Positions 29,551 through 39,768 of a stretch of DNA of 64,000 nucleotides are shown here, one piece after another. The stretch's first letter is position 1. Each line of letters begins with the position of its first letter. Source of the stretch: Longimicrobiales bacterium (lineage in GTDB: Bacteria; Gemmatimonadota; Gemmatimonadetes; Longimicrobiales; Gaopeijiaceae); NCBI GenBank assembly GCA_965218295.1, contig CBDCKN010000008.1, positions 1-64,000 of the forward strand. Reading direction: 5' to 3'. The notes beneath the pieces were generated by a model, which had not been told where the DNA came from, made no database searches, and saw only the letters and a program-made list of their open reading frames with translations. A program made the translations under genes and the position numbers.

Positions 29551-30443
29551 GACGTCACGGGACCCTGGAGCATCTTCCTTGGCGCCAGTTGGCCCTCTCG
29601 TACTTCGGCGATCCCCAGTAGGCCCACATCGTCGAGGACGGCGATGGGCTTATCGCACTCTAACCCGGCTTCTGGCAGCGGAATTCTACCTCCCTGACGA
29701 AGGCGCAAAGCCCCGTCGGTCGGCACCTGCACAGTGGTGAGATGACGGAGTGCCTCACGCGCCTCGATCCACTGGCCAGGGGTGGGAGGGGCACCCTCTC
29801 GGAGCGCCTCGCCCGGCATGGCTCGTTCGACCGAGAAGTCCCCCACCCATGTCCGGCGCAGGGCGGTGAGGTGGGCCCCGACACCGAGACCTTCACCTAC
29901 GTCTCTGGCCAGAGCACGGATGTACGTGCCGGCTGAGCACGTCACCTCGAAGGAGAGGTCGGGAGGATCGAACTCGGTCAGGCGGATGCCCGAGATCTCC
30001 ACAGCCACAGGATTCAGCTCGACCCTCTCGCCTCGCCTGGCCTTCCTGTACATGGCCTCTCCGCCGATCTTCTTCGCCGAGAACTGCGGTGGTACCTGCT
30101 CGATCCGGCCCTGAAAGCGCGCCAGCTCCGACGAGACGTCATCGCGGCCGATCGTCTGCCACTCCCCCTCCGGCTCCACGACCCGGCCTTGGGAGTCGTG
30201 GGTGTCCGTTCTAATCCCCAGCCGGGCCTTTGCCGTATAGGTCTTGGGAAGGCCCGAGAGGTACTCGGCCAAGCGGGTCGCCGGTCCGAAGAGGAGGATC
30301 AACAGTCCCGACGCGAAAGGGTCGAGGGTTCCGGTATGTCCGACGCGCCTCGTGCCTAGTCCCCTACGCGCCCAGGCCACCACGTCGTGGGACGTGGGTC
30401 CCGCCGGCTTGTCCACCAGGAAGGCTCCGCCTCGTTCTGGCAT
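29547..30443 (-). CDS. truB: tRNA pseudouridine(55) synthase
   Basis: DKPAGPTSHD, GHTGTLDP, CSAGTYIR. Confidence 0.95.
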   Translation of the reverse strand: MPERGGAFLVDKPAGPTSHDVVAWARRGLGTRRVGHTGTLDPFASGLLILLFGPATRLAEYLSGLPKTYTAKARLGIRTDTHDSQGRVVEPEGEWQTIGRDDVSSELARFQGRIEQVPPQFSAKKIGGEAMYRKARRGERVELNPVAVEISGIRLTEFDPPDLSFEVTCSAGTYIRALARDVGEGLGVGAHLTALRRTWVGDFSVERAMPGEALREGAPPTPGQWIEAREALRHLTTVQVPTDGALRLRQGGRIPLPEAGLECDKPIAVLDDVGLLGIAEVREGQLAPRKMLQGPVTS

Positions 30444-30453
30444 CTCGAAGGCG

Positions 30454-30849
30454 TCAGTCCTCACTCGGCTCCACCTGCGCGCTGTCACCCGACGTTTCGG
30501 GGCGCTGCTCCTTTCGGATCTCGCGAAGGATCTCCTCGATGCGATTGGCCTGCTCAAGAGTCTCGTCCTCCAGGAAGCGCAACTCGGGAAGGCGACGGAT
30601 GTGCAGCATGGATCCGAGCTCCCGCCGGATGAAGTTGGACGCGGCATCGAGACCCTTCATGGCCTCCTTGCGCTCCTCGTCCCCACCGGCGACCCGCACG
30701 TAGATGCGAGCGAGCCACAGGTCCGAGGTTACGGCGACACCCGTGATCACGACGTCCTTGACCCTGGGATCCCGCACGTCCCGGCGCAGAATGTCAGTGA
30801 TCTCTCGCCGGAACTGCTCGTTCAGGCGGGCGAGGCGTCGGTCGGGCAT
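30454..30849 (-). CDS. rbfA: Ribosome-binding factor A
   Basis: RDPR, PELRF; position between infB and truB. Confidence 0.93.
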   Translation of the reverse strand: MPDRRLARLNEQFRREITDILRRDVRDPRVKDVVITGVAVTSDLWLARIYVRVAGGDEERKEAMKGLDAASNFIRRELGSMLHIRRLPELRFLEDETLEQANRIEEILREIRKEQRPETSGDSAQVEPSED

Positions 30850-30889
30850 AGATCCTAAAGGACGTGGCCGATGAGAGACACCGGCCGGT

Positions 30890-31171
30890 TCAATAGAGGT
30901 CCCTCTTGCTGGAGAGGATCACGGCGCGTGTCTCTCGTTCGATGAGGCGGTCGACCTTCGAGAGCAGCGACTCGGCCAGGCGTCCGTCGGTGGTCACCAG
31001 AGCCACGGACAACTGGGTCCGTGTCCACGCGTCTTGATGGCCGGTCTCGGCCACCGAGACGTTGAACCGACTGCGGAGGCGGTCCTTCAACGACTTGACG
31101 ACCCTTCGCTTTTCCTTGAGCGAGCCGCATCCCGGAAGCGAGAGCTCCCATGAGCACGCGGCCACCAGCAC
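30890..31171 (-). CDS. DUF503 (YlxP-like) protein
   Basis: SLKEKRRVVKSLKDRL-RFNVSVAE. Confidence 0.9.
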   Translation of the reverse strand: MLVAACSWELSLPGCGSLKEKRRVVKSLKDRLRSRFNVSVAETGHQDAWTRTQLSVALVTTDGRLAESLLSKVDRLIERETRAVILSSKRDLY

Positions 31172-31204
31172 GTGTCGCTCCTCCTACGGGCTTCCCCGGA
31201 ACAC

Positions 31205-31370
31205 TAGTGTTCCGTTTCCGACGTTCGCGAGCCACTACGAGGGTCGGGGCGCCGTGGGATCAAGGCGGGACGACGGGGCGTAGCGCAAGCTACGTTAAGG
31301 AGTCCCAACGCTGAGCCCACGGATGTACCGTGCCCTCGACTGGCCGAGACACTTTGGTAACGGGACACTA
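31205..31370 (+). mobile_element. MITE-like repeat, full copy 3, in the infB stop codon
   Basis: 162-bp core flanked by TA; the right-hand CTA is the infB TAG. Confidence 0.9.
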
Positions 31371-33980
31371 TCCCGTGGCTCCGGCGAGCGTGCGAGCCAC
31401 TTCCTCGACCGAGTAGCACTCGATGATGTCGCCGAGTTTGATGTCGTTGAAGTTGGCGATCCCGATGCCGCACTCGAAGCCCTCTCGCACCTCCTTCGCG
31501 TCGTCCTTGAAGCGCTTGAGAGAGGAGATCTCGCCTTCGTAAACGACGATTCCGTCACGCACGAGCCGTGCACGGGACTTCCGCTCGATGACGCCTTCGA
31601 GGACATGCGAGCCGCCGATGGTGCCCACCTTGCTGACCTTGAAGACCTCGCGAACCTCGGCGGTACCGAGAATGGTCTCTCTCCGCTCCGGTGTCAGCAT
31701 GCCCTCGAGGACAGCACGCACCTCATCCACGGCCTCGTAGATGACGTCGTACACGCGGATGTCCACTCCGTCTCGCTCGGCATGCTTCCGGGCGTTGGTG
31801 TAGGGGCGCACGCGGAAGCCGATGATGACCGAGCCGGACGTCCCGGCGAGCAACACGTCTTCTTCGTTGATGGCCCCTACCGCCCGATGGACGATCTGGA
31901 CCTTCACCTCGTCGGTCCCTAGCTGCTCGAGGGCGTCGGATAGGGCCTGCACCGAGCCGTCCACGTCCGCCTTGATGATGAGGGGGAGCATGTCGGCCTG
32001 GCCGGAGGCGAGCAGGCCGGAGAAGTCGCCCAGCTTGACGCCACGCTCCCTGATGCGGAGCTGCTTCTCCCGCTCGAGGCGCATGCGGCTCAGGGCGATC
32101 TCGCTCGCTTTCTCGGCAGCCATCACCTGGAACGCGTCACCGGCTTGGGGAACCCCTGCCGTCCCGAGGAGCTGCACCGGAATCCCCGGACTCACTTCCT
32201 TCACCGGGTTGCCCCGCTCGTCGAGCATGGCACGCACGCGGCCCTCGAAGTGCCCGACCAGGAAGGAATCCCCGACCCGCAGCGTGCCCTTCTGCACGAG
32301 TACCGAGACGACCGGGCCCTTTCCGACGTCGAGCTGAGCTTCGATGACGATCCCCTTCGCATCGCGGTTCGGGTTCGCCTTGAGCTCCAGGAGTTCGGCC
32401 TGCAGGAGGACCTTCTCGAGGAGGTCGTCGATCCCTTCACCGGTCTTCGCGGAGATGTCGCCGCTCAGGACGTCTCCACCGAACTCCTCGACCTGTACGT
32501 CCTGCTGCAGAAGCTTCTGCTTGACCTTCATGGGATCGGCAGCCGGTAGATCGCACTTGTTGACGGCCACGACGATGGGTACGCCCGCATTCCGCGCGTG
32601 GCTGATGGCCTCTCTGGTCTGGGGCATGACGGAGTCGTCCGCGGCGACGACGAGAATCACAATGTCCGTGACCTCGGCGCCTCGTGCCCGCATGGCCGTG
32701 AACGCCGCGTGGCCGGGAGTGTCCAGGAAAGTGATGCTTCGCTCGTCACCCAGCTCCATGTGATACGCACCTATGTGCTGGGTGATGCCTCCCGACTCTC
32801 CAGCCACGACGTTCGAGCGCCGGATCTTGTCGAGCAGGAGCGTCTTTCCGTGGTCAACGTGACCCATGACCGTCACCACGGGGGCTCGCGGCTGCAGATC
32901 CTCTGGAGAGTCCTCCTCGATCGCGTCTTCCTCGTCGACGCTGTACTCCTCCTCACGCACGGCGGTGAAGTCGAACTCATCCAGAAGCAGCTCGATCTGA
33001 TCGAAGTCGAGCCTCTGATTGATGGTGACCATGAGGCTGAGATTTTTGAACGCGGAGCCGATGATCTCGGTGGAGGACACGTCCACCAGCTCCGACAGCT
33101 CGGAGACCGTGAGGAACTCGTTCACCCGAACGGTCGTCCGCTCGCGCTCCTCCTCCTCACGTGCCTCCTCCTCGGCGGCCTCGCGCTCCTCCTTCGTGGA
33201 CGCGGATCCTTTGCGACGGCGCTTCTTGCCACCGCCCTTGAGCTCAGCCATGACCCGCTGGATGTTCTCCTGGACCGCGCTCTGATCGACGCGCTGGCGC
33301 TTCTTACCCTTCTTTTTCTGGCGCTGCCGCCGCTGGCCGTCGGCCGTATATCCCTCCGCCTGCACGCGAACCTGCCCGCCGGCGCCTGCGCTGACTCCCG
33401 GCTTGGGCCGACGGATGACACGAGCAGGCCCCTCGGGCGCGGACTCGCGAACGGGCTCCGGCGGCGTAGCCGGTGCCACGGGCAACTCAGCCGTCTCGAC
33501 GAGCGCCTCAGTTGCAACCTCCTCGGCAGGGGCCTCTGCAGCCACCTCTTCCTCGGCTACGGGCTCCTCGGCCTCGGCTTCTTCCTCCGACTCCTCGTCC
33601 TGCGCCGACTCCTCTGGCTCGGCGTCCTCGTCGGCCACAGCGTCCGAAGCGGCGACGTCGTCAGCCTCTTCCGCGGTGGGTTCCTCCCAGGACTCGGCCT
33701 CTTCCTGCTCTGGCTCGGGCTCTGGCAGTATTTCACTCGCCCGGCGCCTCCGACGCCGGCCCGCAATAGGCTTGGCGTCCTCGATGGCGGCCTGAATCGC
33801 CTCGTTCGCGTCCTTGTGACCGGCACGACGCTCCCGCTCGAGGCGAGCGAGAATCCGCGACACGTCCTCGTCGCTCATGGGCGCATCCTCGTCAGGGACG
33901 GAGATGTGCAACGTCCTCAACAGGCTAAGCAAAACCTCGGACGAAACTCCGAGATCTCTGGCTAGTTCTACAACCCGCAT
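31368..33980 (-). CDS. infB: Translation initiation factor IF-2
   Basis: [22 protein letters not shown]. Confidence 0.97.
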   Translation of the reverse strand: MRVVELARDLGVSSEVLLSLLRTLHISVPDEDAPMSDEDVSRILARLERERRAGHKDANEAIQAAIEDAKPIAGRRRRRRASEILPEPEPEQEEAESWEEPTAEEADDVAASDAVADEDAEPEESAQDEESEEEAEAEEPVAEEEVAAEAPAEEVATEALVETAELPVAPATPPEPVRESAPEGPARVIRRPKPGVSAGAGGQVRVQAEGYTADGQRRQRQKKKGKKRQRVDQSAVQENIQRVMAELKGGGKKRRRKGSASTKEEREAAEEEAREEEERERTTVRVNEFLTVSELSELVDVSSTEIIGSAFKNLSLMVTINQRLDFDQIELLLDEFDFTAVREEEYSVDEEDAIEEDSPEDLQPRAPVVTVMGHVDHGKTLLLDKIRRSNVVAGESGGITQHIGAYHMELGDERSITFLDTPGHAAFTAMRARGAEVTDIVILVVAADDSVMPQTREAISHARNAGVPIVVAVNKCDLPAADPMKVKQKLLQQDVQVEEFGGDVLSGDISAKTGEGIDDLLEKVLLQAELLELKANPNRDAKGIVIEAQLDVGKGPVVSVLVQKGTLRVGDSFLVGHFEGRVRAMLDERGNPVKEVSPGIPVQLLGTAGVPQAGDAFQVMAAEKASEIALSRMRLEREKQLRIRERGVKLGDFSGLLASGQADMLPLIIKADVDGSVQALSDALEQLGTDEVKVQIVHRAVGAINEEDVLLAGTSGSVIIGFRVRPYTNARKHAERDGVDIRVYDVIYEAVDEVRAVLEGMLTPERRETILGTAEVREVFKVSKVGTIGGSHVLEGVIERKSRARLVRDGIVVYEGEISSLKRFKDDAKEVREGFECGIGIANFNDIKLGDIIECYSVEEVARTLAGATG

Positions 33981-33989
33981 CTACTTTGC

Positions 33990-34340
33990 CTACCTCCGCT
34001 TCTCAGTCTCGTCCTTCGTACCCCGGTTCGCGGCCAACTGCCTAGCCAGCCGGCTCGCGAAGCCCGCCTCGGTGACAGCAACGGCGGAGATCGGAGCGGA
34101 TCCGACCGCCGCACCCAATTCGGCCCGGCTCCCCAGGATCACGCGGGGAGTCGCCCGATGGCGCAGCAGCTTCAACACTTTGTCCCGTTGGACCTCCGAG
34201 GCGTCGTCGGCAAACAACACCAGCCGGGCGCGTCCATCCTTGACGGCGCGCTGAGTGGATCCGGTCCCGCGCTCCAATGCGCCGGCTCGACGGGCGAGCC
34301 CCAGGAGCACCAATGCGCTACGCTTCGACCGGCTCTTCAT
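33990..34340 (-). CDS. L7Ae/YlxQ-family RNA-binding protein
   Basis: LLGLARRAG...A-DAS...ELGAAVG; lies between nusA and infB. Confidence 0.85.
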   Translation of the reverse strand: MKSRSKRSALVLLGLARRAGALERGTGSTQRAVKDGRARLVLFADDASEVQRDKVLKLLRHRATPRVILGSRAELGAAVGSAPISAVAVTEAGFASRLARQLAANRGTKDETEKRR

Positions 34341-35937
34341 CGTCTCCACTCGTCGCCTCTTCGCGCGCCTCTTCACCCGCCTCTTCACCCGCATCCTCGA
34401 GGCCGCCCACGACCTCCGCTCCCTCCGCACCCATGGCGGCAGCCAGGCCCTCCGCCTCGGCTTCGTCCACCTCATCTACCGCCACCTCGGCGTTTCCTGC
34501 CCCTGCTACATCGTCAGCCTCGTCCCCGCCGGCTTCTTCCGTCGTGCCCTCGAGGTCCACCGTATCCTCGGCCTCGGCGGTGTCTGAGGCGTCTCCGGCC
34601 GTGGAGGAATCATCCTCGACGACCGCGCTCTTCGTGGCGGACGAATCCGCCACGACAGTGAGCTCATCTATGAGGGTGAGGAGCCGATCCGCATCGGCTT
34701 CCGTCAGCCCCTCGACAGCCAGGAAGTCGTTGCGGTTGAAGTCGATGATCTGCAGAAAAGTACTAAACTCAGCCGCCCCGAGGGCCGCCAGAGTCCCCGG
34801 AGCGAGATCCAGTTCCGCCAACGAAAAGTCGGAGGTCTCGTAGTCGCCCTCGCTCGATTCCTGGAACAAGGAAAGATCCGCTCCGAGCTCAACCCACTCC
34901 CGCGAACCGTACAGGTCGATCTGCCAGCCGATGAGTTGGGACGCGAGCCGCACATTCTGGCCGTTCCGGCCGATGGCCAGGGAGAGCTGATCCTCGTCGA
35001 CGATGGCCGTGATCACCTGGCGCTCTGGATCGCTCATGACCTTGGAGACCCGCGCCGGTGCCAGGGAGCGCCGCGCGAATATCTCCGGCTCGGCGTGCCA
35101 CGGGACGATGTCGATCCGCTCTCCGCCGAGCTCCTGCACCACCGCTTGCACCCGGGAGCCTCTAAGGCCGACGCAGGCACCCACTGGATCGATGGACTCA
35201 TCCCGGCTGTAGACGGCGATCTTCGTCCGTCCACCGACCTCACGGGCCACTTCCTTGATGTCCACGATCCCCTGGTGGATCTCCGGCACCTCCAGGTTGA
35301 AGAGGGCCGCCACGAAAAGGGGGTCTCCCCTGGAGAGGATGAGGCGAGGACCTTTCGGGGTTTCTTCAACCTTTTTGAGAACGCACCGAATGGGATCGCC
35401 CTGCCGGAATCGCTCCCGGGGATTCTGATCTTTCCAGGGAATGATGGCGTCGGCGTCGGGCAAGCGGTTGAGCATGACCACGATCTTGCCACGCTCGATC
35501 TGCTGCACCTCGCCGGAGAGTAGCTCCCCGATGCGGTCCGAGTACTCATCACGAATTCGGTCACGCTCGGTTTCACGAATCAGCTGAACGATACGCTGTT
35601 TCACGGCCATGACCGCGTTGCGACCGAAGTCCGCGAAATCGACCGGAATCTCCATTACGTCGCCGACTTCGAACCCTTCGTCGTCCCAGCGGGCCTCCTC
35701 GAGGCTGATTTCGGACGAGGGGTCTTCCACCTCCTCGACAACCCGTCGGAGCACCACGATGTCGAATCCGCCGGCCACATCGTCAATGGTGATCTCGGCC
35801 TGTACGTTCGGACCGTATATGCGCGCCAGACCCGCCCTAATCCCGTCTTGGAGGAGTTCATTCACCTCATCTGGAGACAGGCTCTTCGTTGCGGCGACAT
35901 CTCTGAACGCCGCGACGATCTGGCCGGTATCAGTCAT
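34318..35937 (-). CDS. nusA: Transcription termination/antitermination factor NusA
   Basis: EVPEI, DPVGACVG, LAIGRNGQNVRLAS; acidic C-terminal tail. Confidence 0.97.
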   Translation of the reverse strand: MTDTGQIVAAFRDVAATKSLSPDEVNELLQDGIRAGLARIYGPNVQAEITIDDVAGGFDIVVLRRVVEEVEDPSSEISLEEARWDDEGFEVGDVMEIPVDFADFGRNAVMAVKQRIVQLIRETERDRIRDEYSDRIGELLSGEVQQIERGKIVVMLNRLPDADAIIPWKDQNPRERFRQGDPIRCVLKKVEETPKGPRLILSRGDPLFVAALFNLEVPEIHQGIVDIKEVAREVGGRTKIAVYSRDESIDPVGACVGLRGSRVQAVVQELGGERIDIVPWHAEPEIFARRSLAPARVSKVMSDPERQVITAIVDEDQLSLAIGRNGQNVRLASQLIGWQIDLYGSREWVELGADLSLFQESSEGDYETSDFSLAELDLAPGTLAALGAAEFSTFLQIIDFNRNDFLAVEGLTEADADRLLTLIDELTVVADSSATKSAVVEDDSSTAGDASDTAEAEDTVDLEGTTEEAGGDEADDVAGAGNAEVAVDEVDEAEAEGLAAAMGAEGAEVVGGLEDAGEEAGEEAREEATSGDDEEPVEA

Positions 35938-35958
35938 ATTGTCCTCACCCCGTACGCC

Positions 35959-36447
35959 CTACTTCCAGGTGAACAGGAGGTGGGCACCCTTGATGTCGGT
36001 CAGGGGCACGCACACCTCAGTCCCATCTCCCAGTCGGAGCCGGGCCGTCGGCTCCGGTTCCGGGTCCAATCCCAATAACTCGGCCTCGAGCCGAGTAGAC
36101 CGCTCAGCGAGAACCCCGTGGCCTTTGACCACGACCGACCGGCCTGCAAAGCGCTCCCAGTCGCGTGGCCGGACCAACGGCCGCTCGACTCCCGGAGACG
36201 AGACCTCCAGCACATAGTGCTCAGGCACGTCCTCGTGCTCGTCGAGCCAAGCCTCGAGGGCACGGCTCACCTGAGCACAATCGTCCACCGTGACCGACGA
36301 CTCCAGCCCCGAGCGGAGCCGATCCATGCGGACGCGCATGATCGGCCGAGCCCGGCTCCCGGCCCACTCCAGCAAGACGAGCTCGAATCCCAGAGCCGCG
36401 ATTCGTGCCTCCATCTCCTGCTCGATTTCGGGCCGTGATGCAGCCAT
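35959..36447 (-). CDS. rimP: Ribosome maturation factor RimP
   Basis: TVDDCAQVSR, YVLEVSSPGVERPL. Confidence 0.95.
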   Translation of the reverse strand: MAASRPEIEQEMEARIAALGFELVLLEWAGSRARPIMRVRMDRLRSGLESSVTVDDCAQVSRALEAWLDEHEDVPEHYVLEVSSPGVERPLVRPRDWERFAGRSVVVKGHGVLAERSTRLEAELLGLDPEPEPTARLRLGDGTEVCVPLTDIKGAHLLFTWK

Positions 36448-36489
36448 GGCCACCCCTACCGGAGGCCGCGGCTTACGCAAACCTCTGAG

Positions 36490-36551
36490 AACAAAAAAGC
36501 GGGGGCAACCAACTCCCCCACTCACAAAAGCGGCCGCCCCAGGGGCGGCCC
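36490..36551 (-). promoter_or_regulatory. rimP/nusA operon leader: hairpin plus terminator-like stem and U tract
   Basis: GGCCGCCCCTGGGGCGGCC followed by GTGGGGGAGTTGGTTGCCCCCGC-TTTTTT. Confidence 0.6.
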
Positions 36552-36623
36552 TTACGACCAGTAATATAGGCGCAATGCCTTGATTCCTCAAGACTTGAGC
36601 CCCTGGTGGCCGGCCTCAGGGCT

Positions 36624-37025
36624 TCACGCGTCCCCCTCGTCCTCGGCCGGCCCCTCGGAGGCCTCTTCGACCTCGAGCCCCAGGGATCTCTCAACACCCT
36701 TGACCCTCTCCTTGAGCCCGTCCACCACGCCCTTCAGGCCGTCGAAGTCCTTTTGTTTGACGAAGTCGAAGGCCTCCCGAGCCTCCCCGGCTCTGGCCTG
36801 GGCTTTCTCCAGCGTCGAGCGCATGACCTCTTTCGCCCTCTCAGGCGTGAGATTGCCCCGCTCCCTCGCTTCGCTGAGAGTCTCCTCGATGGCGTCTTTC
36901 ATGGCACTGAGCATGCTCATCCCCTGCCGAATGCCGCCCTTTATGCTGTCTGTCCGGCTTTTCTCTTGCGATTCCTGCTCGGTGCCCGAGCCGTTGTTCT
37001 CCTCAGGAGCGTTCTCTTCCGACAT
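36624..37025 (-). CDS. Phasin-like coiled-coil hypothetical protein
   Basis: EARERGNLTPERAKEV...FDFVKQKDFDGLK...LKERV; family assigned by pattern only. Confidence 0.65.
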   Translation of the reverse strand: MSEENAPEENNGSGTEQESQEKSRTDSIKGGIRQGMSMLSAMKDAIEETLSEARERGNLTPERAKEVMRSTLEKAQARAGEAREAFDFVKQKDFDGLKGVVDGLKERVKGVERSLGLEVEEASEGPAEDEGDA

Positions 37026-37204
37026 GATGTCACTCTTTTCCTCTGTGAGGTGACCAGGTCGTCGTTCTTCTAGTGTAGCGGTACGGAAACCCGCCAGCTA
37101 CCGGATGTCACGTGACGTACAGGAGCCCCTGCAGGGCCTCTATCGGGGTCACCGGAGCGTTCAGTCCACCTCTAGACCCTACGGACGTGGCGCCCACTGG
37201 GTTT

Positions 37205-38488
37205 CTAGGAGGCCTCGACCCTCTCGATACGGGCCCCGAGGGCACGGAGCCGCTGGTCGATGCGCTCGTACCCACGCTCGATCTGGCGGATGTTCTGGAT
37301 GCGGCTCGTGCCCTCTGCCCCCAGGGCCGCGATCAGCATGGCCATCCCAGCCCGGATGTCGGGGCTCTCCAGCGTCGTGGCCCGGAGCTTGGATGGACCA
37401 GCCACCACCGCTCGGTGGGGATCGCAGAGGATGATCTGGGCACCCATGGCCGCGAGCTTGTCCGTGAAGTACATGCGGGACTCGAACATCTTCTCGTGCA
37501 CCAGGACGGTCCCGGTACACTGTGTGGCCGTGACCACGGCGATGGACGTGAGATCCGCCGGAAACGCCGGCCAGGGGCCGTCGTCGATCTTGGGCACGGC
37601 ACCGAAAGCGTCGCTGGCCACCCGGCACTCGCGGTCACCGTGAATCGTGAGTGAATCCGCAGCGATGGTCACCTCCACTCCGAGTCGCGCGAAGCCCAAC
37701 AAGGTGGAATCCAGGTGCTCGATGGGGGCCTCTTCCACCACCAGCTCACTCCCCGTCACTACGGCAAGGCCGATGAAGGACCCCGTCTCGATGTGGTCCC
37801 TGCCGATGGCGAAGGTGGTACCGCCCAGCTCCCGGACCCCTTCGATGCGAAGGCGATTCGTGCCGATCCCCTCGATGTGGGCACCCATGCCGTTAAGGAG
37901 ATGACACAGATCCTGGACGTGCGGCTCGGAGGCGACATTCCGCAGCGACGACTCCCCGTCGGCGAGCACGGCCGCCATGATGGTGTTCTCGGTGGCCGTC
38001 ACGGAGGGCTCGTCCAGGAACACGTCGGCCCCAGTCAGGCCCGGTGCTTCGATCCGGAATCCCCCGTTCAGGCTCACTTCAGCCCCCAGGGCCTCGAACG
38101 CCAGGAAGTGGGTGTCCATGCGACGACGACCGATCACGTCTCCACCCGGCGGAGGCAAATCGACCCGCCCAAAGCGGGCCAGGAGGGGTCCGGCGAGGAG
38201 TAGCGACGCTCGAATGCGCTCGGCCAACCTCCGGTCCACCCCTGCTGAAACCACTTCGGAAGCATCCACGGTGACCACGTTCTCGTCGTCCCATCGTACG
38301 TCGGCGCCGAGCGAGCCCACTATTTCCAAGAGGGTCTCGACGTCGCGAATGTGTGGGATGTTCTGGAGGGTGACGGGCTCGGATGCGAGCACTGTGGCTG
38401 CGATTGCAGGCAAGGCAGCGTTCTTGTTGCCGGCGGGTCGGATCGTCCCGGTCAGGGTATGGCCGCCCTCCACGATAAAGCTGGGCAT
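37205..38488 (-). CDS. murA: UDP-N-acetylglucosamine 1-carboxyvinyltransferase
   Basis: GNKNAALP, RAS, PGGDVIGRR, SVTATEN, FESR, DIRAG, RGYE; AAGGAGG RBS before the ATG at 38488. Confidence 0.95.
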   Translation of the reverse strand: MPSFIVEGGHTLTGTIRPAGNKNAALPAIAATVLASEPVTLQNIPHIRDVETLLEIVGSLGADVRWDDENVVTVDASEVVSAGVDRRLAERIRASLLLAGPLLARFGRVDLPPPGGDVIGRRRMDTHFLAFEALGAEVSLNGGFRIEAPGLTGADVFLDEPSVTATENTIMAAVLADGESSLRNVASEPHVQDLCHLLNGMGAHIEGIGTNRLRIEGVRELGGTTFAIGRDHIETGSFIGLAVVTGSELVVEEAPIEHLDSTLLGFARLGVEVTIAADSLTIHGDRECRVASDAFGAVPKIDDGPWPAFPADLTSIAVVTATQCTGTVLVHEKMFESRMYFTDKLAAMGAQIILCDPHRAVVAGPSKLRATTLESPDIRAGMAMLIAALGAEGTSRIQNIRQIERGYERIDQRLRALGARIERVEAS

Positions 38489-38770
38489 GTCCTCCTTGCG
38501 GTCTCCGAAGTAAGTGGCCGACACCGTTCCGGTGTGGGGACCCGCGACCGTTTCGCCACGTCGGCCTCGAACATATTCCACCTTCCCCTGACGCAGCAAC
38601 CGGCTCATCATCGTAGCGCCCTCCAGCTCGGAATACTTCTCTGCCCAAAGCCTTCACCCCTCGCGTGGGACCATGGCTTGCGATACTCTGCTGCACGTAG
38701 CGTGCCGCCATAGGGAGGGCTTCCGCTGATACGTCGTTTCGCCCCCAGCCAAGTCTGAGCTAGCACCTCG

Positions 38771-39102
38771 CTCCCACCCTTTCTGGGTCTCGGCCTCGTT
38801 CCCCAGGGCGCATCTCATTGGCCATGGCGTTATCCGCCTTCCTGACCTTCTACGGGCCCGAAGTGGGAGGCCTGGACGCCAGCCAGGCCCTGTTCAGCGT
38901 CGTGGTGATAGGCGTCGTGATCTCCGAGCTGGTGGGCCCGGTGCTCACGACTGCCACGCTGCGGCGAGCCGGTGAGATCTCCTCTCGGGGCGAAGAAGCC
39001 CTGGTCCAAGGAGACGACCAACAGGCCCGAGCTCACGCTGCGCGGCATACCCCGGGCGTGGCCGCAGAAGCCGAAAGTAGCGGGGAGGACGTGGCCGAGT
39101 GA
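38771..39102 (+). pseudogene. C-terminal remnant of a cation:proton antiporter-like membrane protein
   Basis: LPPFLGLGLVPQG(frameshift)ISLAMA...VISELVGPVL...LRRAGE; in-frame TGA just upstream and no N-terminus. Confidence 0.6.
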
Positions 39103-39192
39103 TCCAGGGAGAGCAGGCGGCGAAAGCGAGCCCGGCACCGTGCTCTGGGAGCCGATCTGGAACTCTGACGTCCTGAGCTTATACCTTTGGCC

Positions 39193-39768
39193 ATGGACCA
39201 TCGACTTCTCATTCCTGCTCTACTGCCCCTCCGGGGCACTACGCAGGCGCTCGCCCAGCCCGGAGGCCTCCAGGTCGCAGCCGACATCTCGGCGGTGGCC
39301 CTGGCTGCGATATCGGCTTTACTGCTGTTGACCATGTTGGTGCTGCTCGTCCAGCTCCGGAAGCTGCTCGCCGCCCTTCAACGGCAGCTGCAGCCGGTCG
39401 CGGACCGCGCCCGCGTGGCGGCCGAGAATGTGGAGTTCATCTCCGCTGTGGTCCGCGAAGACGTCCAGAAGATCCACTCCTCGGTGGCCGGACTCTCGGA
39501 CCGGCTCAAGGACGCTTCTCAGCGCATGGAGGAGAGAGTCGAGGAGTTCAACGCCCTCATGGACGTGGTACAGAACGAAGCCGAATCCGTCCTGCTGGAT
39601 ACCGCGGCCGCTGTCCGCGGAGTTCGTGCCGGGGCCCAGACCATAGGAGAGGGCGTGGCCTCCGAAGAGCCCGATTCCGAGGCAGTGCCCACCCCCGGGG
39701 CCGGTGAGTCGGAGGAGGCCGGCGATACGGCTGGAACCGTGGTCACGGGAGACGCCGAGACCACGTGA
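39193..39768 (+). CDS. DUF948-like membrane-anchored coiled-coil protein
   Basis: One TM helix followed by heptad repeats. Confidence 0.7.
   Translation: MDHRLLIPALLPLRGTTQALAQPGGLQVAADISAVALAAISALLLLTMLVLLVQLRKLLAALQRQLQPVADRARVAAENVEFISAVVREDVQKIHSSVAGLSDRLKDASQRMEERVEEFNALMDVVQNEAESVLLDTAAAVRGVRAGAQTIGEGVASEEPDSEAVPTPGAGESEEAGDTAGTVVTGDAETT

Noticed and set aside
2002..31370. The dispersed repeat as a CRISPR array or tRNA/tmRNA
   Set aside because: Copies are dispersed with no spacers, there are no cas genes and there is no cloverleaf or T-loop motif.
38560..38711. Possible decayed GNAT-like fragment or N-terminal extension of MurA
   Set aside because: The resemblance needs several frameshifts, and murA has a strong RBS at 38488.
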